Source: the human T2T-CHM13v2.0 reference genome, Homo sapiens. From it: 64,000 nucleotides of DNA. Location: NCBI RefSeq assembly GCF_009914755.1, contig NC_060937.1; one strand, written 5' to 3'. Below are positions 1 to 11,530 of this stretch, piece after piece (position 1 is the first letter of the stretch; every line of letters starts with the position of its first letter). The position numbers and the translations under genes were made by a program. Below the pieces are notes generated by a model. That model had not been told where the DNA came from, did not search any database, and saw only the letters and a program-made list of their open reading frames with translations.

Positions 1-510
1 CTATGTTTGAATACATTATAATTTATTTAAGTATGCTACTGTTACTATACTTACAAAGTTGTTTCCAGGCTTACCTCTTCCAAGTTAAGCTATTGTAAGA
101 ATCTTTACACAATAATGGGTCTGACTTTAGTGTGGACTCTTAAAATGGATCATGTCATTTAAATAAATGCTTCAAGCCCCTGTTCTATATTCCTAAATTC
201 TTTCCCAGAAATATTACATCATTTATGTTTCTCCACTAAATGGAAGCTTTGCCTTCTCACTGTAGCCCCACCAGCATTTGGTAATATAATTTAAAAAGGA
301 AATCTCAATTAGAGAAATTTTAAAAAATATACACTGCAATACTGTTTTTGGATTACCAGTGAGGTTAAACTTTAAAAACTTGAGTTTAACGAGGCTGTAC
401 TTGTCAGGAAAAGGGGTCTCAATCCCTCTTTCTAGACCTTTGTCTATGTGAACCACACTTTCTGGTATAGTTGGCCACTCCAGCCATTCTACGTCCTTCT
501 GCTTCCTGCT

Positions 511-581
511 TGTGTGGTGTGGTGTGTGTGTGTATGTGTGTGTGTGTGGCGGGTGTGGGGTGTGTGTGTATGTGTGTGTGT
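511..581. repeat. Interrupted (TG)n microsatellite
   Basis: tgtgtggtgtggtgtgtgtgtgtatgtg...tgtgtg seen directly. Confidence 0.95.
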
Positions 582-829
582 TTGAGAGTGTGGTTGCTGA
601 CTTAGAAAGGGACGGCCAGTTTAAACACTATCTTGAAAGTTTCCATGATTTTCTTTGTTTCGTAAAGATTAGGGGTGGACGGTGGAAAGATTGTATCAGC
701 GCTTCTGGTCAGACAACACAGAAAATGGCAAATTTTTTCTAGTTAATAAGAGGCCTACCCTGATTGTCCTATTTATATTTGCAGCTCCCCGCCCCCACCC
801 ACACACTGCTCTATTTTTTTTCTTAGCAA

Positions 830-1167
830 TTATCACCTCAAAAATCCATAAGGTACTTATTTATTATGTTTATCGGTTACTTTCCTCTAAACAATAGTAG
901 AATGTGAACGCTACAAAGGCAGGGATTATGTTGTTTGTTCTGTGTTGTTGACTGCTACAAGACATCAAACTGATGTAAGAATTGCATCCATGATAGGTGA
1001 TCAATCAATATTATGGTATGGATGTGTGACTCTAAACACTGTCAAATGATATATAATCAGTTGACAGTGTTCTCTAATAAAGGGATGACACGTTGAGCAT
1101 AGTGCTTCGTTGGTGCTTAATAAACTTACATTGAATAAAGAAACAAACAAGGAGTGAATGAATGAAT
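830..1167 (+). mobile_element. L2 LINE 3' end fragments (degraded)
   Basis: tagaatgtgaacgctacaaaggcagggattatg...ttgactgct and ...gtgcttaataaac...gagtgaatgaatgaat resemble the L2 3' terminus and (GAAT)n tail. Confidence 0.65.
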
Positions 1168-2718
1168 TTTAGAAATGCCTACTCTTCCCATTTGATGATT
1201 AGGTTTATTATGCAGTTATTTAAACTAATTATCCAAGACTATCTGGTGTTAGTTACCCAATTTCCAAATACAAGTTAACTAGAAATAATAACCTGTCTTT
1301 GCTGGGTATACATTTCCAACTGAATAAAATGAAATATCTCCAAATGTCAGAAGCCTAAGACAAAATTAAACATTTTTTCACTGAAATTCTCTCACTTATA
1401 TTTCCATTTAATAAAACTTTCATTACAAGTGCATATCTGTTATAGACTAAGTTTATATTTTTTTTATTAAAAAGAAAGCATCCGTGCACATTTCTAAAGC
1501 AACATAAGAATGAAGGAGATGTGTCTGGGCCGGTGGTGGGGAAGCCTCTAGGTGACTGCCCATGAGTGGATGCAAGGTAACAGATTCCAGCAAAGAAAGA
1601 AAATTAATTTGCAGATCCGTTGCTGTAGGACAAAGAAAATTTGTTTCAGGAGCTGAGCAGCTCGTCATTGCCATTGTAGCAGCTCTGTTTCCAATTCTGA
1701 CTTTCTTAAGTCAAGATTCTGAAGATTTGGTACCCCAGGATATGCAAGTCTTCTGCGCCTGTGGATTTGATGTGAAGAAGAATCCCACTGTTCAGTAGCA
1801 GAGGCCTGTCAGAACAGAACTGACAACTTTCTTCTCTCATTTTTTGTAATGTGCCTTAGAACTAAGGTAAAAGAAAAGAAAATAAAAATTGTTATTTCTT
1901 CATGAAAAAATGAAACGCTTAAAATTCTCTAGTGATTTCTGGATCTCCAGTGGCATTCAGTTGATTCCCCGCTGTTACTACTTGCTTTTCTTGATCAAAC
2001 ATACATGTTCTTATAATCTCTACCTAGCTAGAGTGATACCAATGGAAAAGTCAACCAAGATGGGAAAGAAGATTCTATCTGGCACTTAAACACACTGAAC
2101 AATTTATACCTTCATCATTATGGCACACTTACCTGTAAATTATGCTCTAATACTCTGGAGTTAATTTAGGCTCATGCTGTTATCACCGTGAAGACTGATG
2201 TCTGCATGATATTGAATTTGTGCATTATTAAGTTACCAACCAATAACCTCAGACCTACACAAATCAAGGACTCAAACAAGCCCCAGCAGAAAGCCTTGCA
2301 GACAGCACTCACAGGGGCTGTTCCGATGAAGGAATCAGCATGTTTCTAAGAAGGAAGGTCAATATGACTCCTACATGACATGTATCCCACGATATGCGTT
2401 GCTTGGGTGAGGGGTTTGGCTTCAGAGGGTTTTGTTGCTAGCACTTTTGGATTCTTCAAGTCGCCCAGGGCAGACTGGGCTGTGCCACTTCAGCGTAACC
2501 CCAATTCTGCTTAGCATGGTCTCAAGCCAATCCTCAGGAATCTTTTGTTTCTGTTCCCAAATTAGAAGTTGATCCTTCTAGTAAATAAATGTCCCTAGGG
2601 AACTCAGATTAGGGAAACCATGTAAATGTCAGTGCTTATCTGATGAAAGGTGCCTCCTTCTAAGGTGAACTGTTATTTCTTGGTAGCCAGACTCCTTGCT
2701 CCTTGTCCGTCTGTGTTC

Positions 2719-2722
<4 letters not shown>

Positions 2723-2751
<29 letters not shown>
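2723..2751. repeat. (GT)n microsatellite, ~14 units, followed by a G-rich tract
   Basis: pure GT run seen directly. Confidence 0.95.
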
Positions 2752-5099
2752 GTGGTATGGGGGGGGGTGTGGGAAGGGGTAAGAGAGGAATCTAACATCT
2801 ATAAGCTACAGCAAAAAGAAAATGCAGTTCCCATTTAGGGTTTGATAATAGAAAATGAGATGTAAGGCATACAGTTGTTGAGATAATCTTACACACTTAG
2901 GCAGTAGCTTCCTTAAAGCACAAAGCACAGGAGAAACGTCTCGTTTTTCTAATTGTTCTAATAAGTTAGACAAAAAAAGATAAAACCTGATACATGTGTT
3001 TGAACTAAGCGTGTATCGTAATCATGATAAAGCATTGCCTTGCAAAAAGCTACTGAGAAAGTAGACCAATGACACATTTTTCTCATAAGTTATTTCCCCT
3101 TAAATGTATTGTTTGTGTAAACTGAGAAAATTCCCACTATTTGAAAGAGGGTGTTTCCTTCTTTTAATAGAGAGCACTCAAAGCTCTAACAAAAGAGTGC
3201 AGCACAGGTGTTCCTCCCAGTGGTGTTCAGGGCCATTTTGGAGCCATATCCTGCCACTGCGCTCAATGGAGAGACCCGTGTTGCTTTTTCTCCCTTGCGA
3301 TACTAACCAACCACGTATTGGGCAGAGCTTCCTAAAATCATTACACGTGGAGTCAAATTGAAGACTGTTTTCAGCCTTCTTTTATTTATAGATGTATTAA
3401 AAACAAATATTTCAGCAAATAACCTGTACTTTAAAATTAAAATGAAACAATCTCTATTTTTGGTTTTAGGGACATATTTGTTAACTTGTTTAAAAATAGC
3501 ATTATTAGCTACATTTTTGCAAAATATATGCTAACAGATATAGATGTTAAACATATTTGATAACTATATTAATAGTATATGGCAAATCTGGATTCTGTCA
3601 AAAAGCACAGCTGTAAGTTGAAATAGCATGAAACAGAACAATCTACATAAAGAAATTGCCAACATTCTATCAAGTTAATAAAACCTAGCTAACTTGGCTT
3701 ATAATTCCTCATATGTAAAACAAAACATTTTTCTTTTTAAAGTTTTAGTGAAATGTTGCAAAAAGAAACACCATTTTCAGGGTTATTTTGCAGCACGCTT
3801 TTGTTGAACTAATGTGCATTTCTTTTTAAAAGGTTCGACTTCAGTTTTCCTACACAATTTGAGCTTTATCTTGACATTTTGAATTAAATACATGGGTTTA
3901 AAAGGTAATTAGTTTTTGCAGTGTTATTTCTGGAAAAAATATAGAGAAATGTAATGATTATTCTTACATTAATTAAACTATGTAGTAAAAGAATTGTTTA
4001 TTGTAAATGTTACAAATCTGAAGAGACCCATCTATTGAATAAGGCCACACAAAAGCTAAAGTCTGTTTTAACACTTAAAATTGTCTAAAAATGGATAGTA
4101 TAATGAATCACAACCTTATCTTGACTAAATACTTTCATTTTGAAAGACACTATATGTAAAACTTTTTAAAGCTTCATGAAATCTAATTTTTCATTTTCCT
4201 ATAATTTTTCTATATATAAATAATTGTGTATTTGGACAAGGTTTTAATGTTTATTCCACTATGACTGTTAAAGAGACTGTTTTATTTTGGGTCTGATCAT
4301 ACTAGTTATCCTTTTGTAGATAAATCAACAGTTTGCAATTAACTTTTTTTTTTATTAAATAAGACCACTGATGTTTCTTTTTGAATTAGTTATTGGGCAT
4401 GGAATTAAATAATAAAATTTTGTGAATAGTAATTCTTTTTAAATAAAAGTATACTATGATGAAACCAATTAAATAGAAATGAGTCATATCTATTAAATAG
4501 AAATGATTTTGATAGGAGAAAGCCTTGAAATGATACCAATAATTTCAGTACAATTGTTAATATATTACATTTTGTTATATTAAAAAGAACAATAATTAGG
4601 CATGAGTAAGCCATTCGATTACTTTTTTTCAATAGTTTTAACTGTTTAGCGATTGACCTATAATACACAACTCAGATAATTGCGAATAACCTCATATAGA
4701 TTGCTTTATCAAACCTCTAGGTCAGCCACTATCATTTTAAAATTACACAAAACATTACCAAATCTTGAACAAAGTAATTTAAAGCCTGAAGAGGAATTTC
4801 TTCAGGAATGTTCTCTACCCATACAGTTTGTTTTCATTGGTGTTAAAGTTGATGCTGACATGTGCACGGTATAAGAGGCTTAGGTGGCATATTTGTAAAA
4901 TCATTGCCCCGGCATACTATGTCCATTTGAGATGTATTCAATGGCTTACAAGTTCCAATGTCTCTTAAATAAATGACAGACAGGAGGATGCACTCTGCTC
5001 TATTTAGGTGTCTTTTCAGGTAGAAAACCAAAAAGGTATTTTCCTTGTGCCCTTTCCTATTTGTCTCAGAAACAAATGTTAATGTTTTATATATAATTT

Positions 5100-5460
5100 A
5101 CCTTAACCGATAATTGGCAATAAAGATAAAATAATTTACTGTTTTAAGATTCCTCCTTGTTAACTAATTAAACCAGCGGCAGGCGTGGGGCACAGGACAA
5201 TGGCAAACTTTCAGCTGAATTAATTTTATGGAAGACCAGCTGAGTAATTGGACTCCAATTACAGGCAGTTTAGCTCCATCATCACCTTCATATATAATTA
5301 AATGGAATTGGTTGATACAGCTTCTATTTTTATGAGGGCACTTACCAGCTTTTTGAACCCCACTGTGACTTTGGATTCAGGCCAGTCAATTATTAGTCAT
5401 TTCTCTTTCAAATGGAAATGCTTTGGATTCGTCATATCTTTTGTAATGCTTGCATTGAAA
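5100..5460. promoter_or_regulatory. Candidate developmental enhancer (homeodomain/E-box/SOX motif cluster)
   Basis: TAATTG 5111 and 5245, TAATTA 5165 and 5295, dyad GTAATTGGA-C-TCCAATTAC 5244-5262, CAGCTG 5212 and 5237, ACAATGG 5197, TTTTATGG 5224; non-repetitive context. Function is inferred. Confidence 0.4.
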
Positions 5461-8439
5461 ATCTCTCTCTTTTGCAAAGTTGTGGTATATTGGAATCTCT
5501 CTTTATAGTTCTACATAGAAGGCATATTCATTTATGTTGGAATGTAGTCAGAGGAGCACCAAAAGGTCACAGCTACATGAATTCGAAGGTTTGCTGAGAT
5601 GACAACCTGTGTCATCTCAGTGGCAGATGAACCTGGTACTTTTGGAAAAACTTCAGAATGGACCTTAATTTATGTATTTATTTATTTTTGCAAAACTCAT
5701 CCGGAAATCACTATGCTTACTTTTCCAAAGTTCAGGTAATTTGATTCTCTTGTAAGGGACACTTACTATATTTTGCGAAATATGTAGCAATGCTATAACA
5801 AAACTCTGTTTATCCAAATATTCTATAAATAAATTTTCACATATATATAATGATGAATTGATTATGAGGGTTTGATTTGCAAGTGTACAAATTTCCATTG
5901 TTTTTATTGCAAATGTTTACTAAGCTGAAAGAATATTTATAGTATAATAAATTTTTGAAGACATACCACTTATTAGGTTTTATTCATTAGTCTGTAAGCT
6001 CAGATTTGCTTTAGATGTCTAAAAAACATTCTTGGTAAAAGAGAAAATATATTTTTTAAATGGCAATTATTTTGGGAGAATATCTTTGTTTATTCTAATC
6101 TAATCTGTTAAAGGATATAATTTATTAAACAAAAAATATTATTTCTAAGTTATATTATCAATCACAATGAAGTACAAATTACTACACGGGTATATGCAGT
6201 TTTGACTATACTGTACTGTAAGCAGCATATTTGTTCTTAATAGTTATTTTTAAACTTTGTAGTAATTTATCAGTGACAAAATAAAATTTACCAATTACAA
6301 AGTGCTACCAGTAATGACTCTTCATAACTCACTATGATGACAAAATCATTTCTAATTTTATCTAAGAAAAAAGAAGGCCATCAATTTGCAAGACATAAAA
6401 CTGGAGAAGCAAAGAATGGTCTGACATTCATTAAAGAAAAAAATTTATTTTAACCAAACAGTATAATTAAGTGAAGTGAAAGCATTTTATTTCATAGCCT
6501 TGTAGCTTTAGTTTGAAAGATTGTGAATATGACTTGAAGTCTTCCTTTCTAAGATTTTCTAGCTTCAATTTTCTGAAAAATTTATTATTTGGAATTCAGC
6601 AAATTATTAACAAGGTAGTGAAACTTCTCAAAGCTATATAAATTCCAAATGATAGGTTAATAATTAATATTGATCTCTAGGATTGTGAAAACTCTGAGTT
6701 ATAACAATAATTTTCAATAAAGCTACCCAACCAAAATTATAAGGATTGAATCTAATCATGTGGATAATTTAGTTTTCATATTTACTTATATTTTTAAGGC
6801 AACCTTGATGCTAAGTACCTAATTTAAAAAATAATGTTAACATGTAAAAAAGAAGTGTAAGTTTAGTCTAATAATGTATATATCATAAAATTATATTTTA
6901 AAGAGGATGTGTTAATAATATCTATCACTCATAATCTTGGTACCCAAGTACATAATTTAATTTCACATTCTGAAAATAGCTTTATATATTTAATAAATAT
7001 ATTCTACATATTTAGCAAAACACACTAGGCTATTTTTTAACTATACTTTTGTCAACTGTTGCTCTTTTCTATTTGAAGATAAATAGAAAAAGTTATTTTG
7101 ATATGGCTATTTTAAAAAAAGAAAATCTCTTTTACATTATTATTTTAACAACATAATTTTTCTACTGAACTCACTTTTTAATTGATTATATCCCTTATAA
7201 AAATAGGAAATATTTTCAGAATATATCTAAAACCCAGTGCCATTGGCAGTAGACCATGGTAGATTATAATTGCCTTTGGTAAAAACTTAGTGTTTAGCTT
7301 TCTGAGGACACATTACAGTATCTGACATCAACCTCCCGTCCATTCATCTACATTCTCATTGAACCCTCAAACCTGAATGGAGAAGCATTAGGTTTCTTAC
7401 ATGAACTCCCAAACATTTAAAAGCCTTCTTGGATTGAAGTTACACCAAAGACTCCTGAGTAGTTAATATCGAATGCAGCTAATATATTACACAGTCCCAA
7501 ATTAAAACGAGGGAATCCAGGCAGTAACAAAATAATTCACAGTGCAACGTCAGAGTTGTCCTAATACAACGATTTCATTTTATAGGAAAGCGGGACAACT
7601 CAGTTATCTCCTTTGTATATACAGAACAGGTCGGAGTTAAGTTTTGATAAAAAACATAAGCTTCACAATTAATAGACCCTACTTTGGAGGGTGTTTTTAA
7701 AGTATTTTAAAAGCACTTTTAATAAAACACAGAAGCAAAGATTGCCTCCGCAGTCTTAAAACACTTTACCTTGTGGCCCTAAATAAGTGGATTGATGGTT
7801 TATTTAGAAAAACAGTTGTAAAAACTGGAGCATGAAAAACAAGGGAAATAATTAACTTTGCCCCAATTTTTTATTATAATTTTATAATCAACTTTTGTTT
7901 TCTGAATTATGTTATAAAGATTGTCATTGTTGCACTTAGTTGTATGTCTGAGAGCTAAATGGGACATTAGAATTGATATAATTAAATTCAACCAGTTTAA
8001 AAATAAGAAAATTGAACATGGAAGAGAAAAAGGACACAGCAATATTTGGTCAGAAAACATAATCATGTAATACATTTTTTGCAATCATTAATGTTAATTC
8101 CACTATATTTTGTGTAACCCCAGCTTGATATTTTTATGTTTGATTTTAATATTTGCCTTTTAATGCAAAATATTAATTTATCTAGTCAAATATTAAACTC
8201 TCATGGTAAACACTTTTACATAGCACTAAAAAATACCTGGAAACTCCATTTTGAAGATAGCCTTATGTTACAATCATTAAATCTGTTTTTGGGAGAACAG
8301 GTGTAAAAAATTGGATCTCATATTTGGAGTATAACATTTTTATGTGCCCCGATATTAATGCTGTTAAATTTTTTCTAAAAGTTAATCAATTCTTACTATA
8401 ATATTTGTTTTAGTTCTATAAGAAGCAAAAAAAGATGAT

Positions 8440-9440
8440 GATTGCTTTTAGGCAAATTGCATAAACCCTGTTTAAATCTAGACAAAACTTGGAGAAACCC
8501 TTCTCAGAAAACACAGGTGATTAACGGTAGAAGTACACATTTACTGCTGTTAAATCAATGCAGGTTTGTCTTTAGTTTTGCAGACCTCTTAAGTCGCCAG
8601 TTTCACATTATGCAAAAAGGACTCTCTTGATCATAGGGAAGAATCGACCTTTGCCTTCCCTGGGAACAGAATAAACTTTCAGGTATCATCTGGAATAAGG
8701 AGAATGTGTAATAAGATGTTTGCCCGTCTCTCTCTAGCTTCCCTAAGAAATAGTTTAACTGGGATATTCGGCCTCCCCGTCCACAAACATTCTTCTTTGC
8801 ATACAGTACAACAAAAGCCTGTGTTTGCCCGTGGTGTCAGCTTAACAAAGTGCAGGGTGAGCACCAGCTTCCTGGGCAGAGCAGAACATCAATAACCCAG
8901 TAGGAAGTGGCGGGGACAGAAGACAAACACGGGTCAGTGAGGGAAAGCCTGGTGGGTGGTGGGACACAGATCTTCAGACACAATAAAGAGAATGACATCA
9001 GAGGGATTCATCCTTCTTTTTAATCTGAATTCTCAGTTATTAACTGAGACATAACATCATATAGGAACAACAAAGGAAGGCTCAGGCACTTTTCAGCTGC
9101 CTTGCAGATGGCATCTAAATGGCAGACTCAGTGTTCCTGTGAGAATTTGCCAGCGGCCGTTGTGCTGGGAGAGTTACTCAGCTTAGGGGAAAAGGGGCAC
9201 ATAACTGTGCCGGCTTAAGTGGATATTATTCTGTCATGTACACCGCTAGGCCTCCCCCGTTTTCTGTCATTATTTATTAGGTGCACGTGAACCCCATGCA
9301 GAATTTTCAAAATTCTGGCATATTTTTTCAGTGAACAGCTGGCAAAAGAAAATAATGCTATGTAGCCATCTCATGTATATAAGGACATACATTTTTTAAA
9401 AACAGCTGAGCAGGAAATCATTAGTTTTTACGTCAACTGG
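8440..9440. promoter_or_regulatory. Candidate enhancer block (bHLH/MEIS/NKX/bZIP motifs, retained CpGs)
   Basis: TTGCATAA 8457, TTATGCAA 8608, CAGCTG 9094/9336/9403, CAGATG 9105, CACGTG 9284, CTGTCA 9231/9264, TTAAGTG 9215; more GC and CpG than the flanks. Function is inferred. Confidence 0.35.
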
Positions 9441-11296
9441 ATTTTATAAGACCTGATTGCAAAATATTTCTCTTGATATGCATATTACATCAAAGAAATA
9501 TTTATTGTTTTTCTATGTTAACTGTATCATCAAGGGGAAGCATAACTGAGAAGTGATAATTCAATACATTGAATGGATTTCTTCAGGATATGGAAACATT
9601 TGCTTTTAAAAAAAATTCATGATGCCAGCAAAGTATATTGGCTCTGTAAATAGAATAATTTCTATGAGAATTCCCACTTCTTTGTTCAGAATTTTACTTA
9701 ATCAGGGAAGCAGCATAGCGTGTTGGATATTTGTGTCTCAATAAATAGAAAATATGGGGGAATGCCATTATCAACACAACACTACTGCATCAGACAAACT
9801 GAAAGCATCACCCTAAGTGTTAATTCAAATGTGTAAACCACATAAAGATTTACTTCTAACTATTTATTTTGAGGGGTTTTGAAGAAATGTTTACAGAATT
9901 TTTTTTTAATAAAAACACAGTGAAGTAGAATTTTCCGGCAACAGTTGTAAAACTACAAATTCCAGGTAACTTCTTCAAATATTTATACACCTGCGAATCA
10001 TACAAATTTGATGTAATCCACCTTCTTCCAATTTCATTTACTTAACAGATTAATAATCAACCTTATTGCTCTTTATATCTGATAATTTTTTGAATAAAAT
10101 CTTAATGTTTGGCCAAATATTGACTTTCTTTATACTGAAGTAAACACCATTTTGGTTCCTGTTTTATTTTAAATATAGTGAATTGTTATAATAACACTAT
10201 GTTTTAGGAGCAGCACCGTAGTTGCTTTATAGAACAATATTGTCCCGTCGGCTTTCATCATTAGGAAGTAGATAAAACATATCCGTGTTATATTCAAATG
10301 CATGCGATTGCAGGGTGCTTAATGACCTAGTTCTACCTTATTAAATCTGTACAGGATATTTGAAAAACAAAGTTTTAGAAACAGGAAATCAATTCACAAG
10401 AGATTTTAAGCAAATAGTACTCATCATTGCTATATTTAACAAATGAAATGGAATTCTGTGATGGAAATTTATGAATATGTTCAGAAGTATAGCAATATAA
10501 ATATACATTAGAATTTGTTACTAATTCAATTATTCTTTTTCACCTCATCTGTTAGGTAAAAGCTTAACTAAACAAATTAATATTGAGTGGTTCCCAGGAG
10601 GCCAAGAACCATAGACTTTGTGGTAATGCAGAGGAAATGAGTTTCAGATATGTGTGTCCTTTGGGGAAAATGGCTGAAGTTCAACTCAGGAGATCATGGG
10701 CAGTAGTGCCCTATTGATCTCTCTTCTGCAAGGGTAGCTATCATGAAAGTGAGTAAGTAATCTCCAAAGTAACTAGGGACTCAACTATTATATAGGCGAA
10801 AATCAATATTCTTGAATTCCACAGTTAAAAAAAAGGTCAGGTGCAATTCTAATATCCAGATGCAGTCAGCTCATTAAGTAGAACAGAAATCATATCAAAG
10901 TTTCAGCTGGGGGAAGGGAGATGACAGGCTGCTTTTTTCCACAATTATGATTCACAGGATGTTTGAAAGCATAGATATAATACTATATTTTAGAAATTGT
11001 TCAATGAGAATGAAGGTAGCATTCAATTGGGTAATAACAAAGTATCCTTCTATACTTTTACAGTTGTCTTCTTTAAAGTTGTCAGAAAAAGTAAAAACCA
11101 GTGCAATCAATTCACCTATGTGCTCTTCTTGTACAGAGATATTTCTTAATGAAATGAAGAAAGTGGCTGTCTGCAATTTTGAGAAATCAAATTAGTGGAA
11201 TGGTTCTGTCTGAAAACCTTAAAGGCTTATTATTGTCATGTATTCCTCTTTTGATTTTTTTTGATCCATTTATTTCAATTTTATTTTTGATTCTTT

Positions 11297-11500
11297 ATTT
11301 GATTCATTTATTCATTAAACAAATATTTGCATAAGCAATTTTTACTCAGAATTACCCCAGGCACTAGAAATACAACATTGAACTGAACAGATGTCATGTC
11401 ATGAGACAATTGACATAAAAGGAGATGAGATTTTTAACAAGTGTACAAATATATAATGTTAGTGATAAATGCTACGAAGCAAAATAAGAGACAAGGAAGT
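11297..11500 (-). mobile_element. L2 3' end
   Basis: attcatttattcattaaacaaatatttg...caggcactagaaatacaacattgaac...gataaatgctacgaagcaaaataa matches the reverse complement of the L2 3' end. Confidence 0.75.
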
Positions 11501-11530
11501 GAGGAAGACTCCATGTATATATATGGATGG

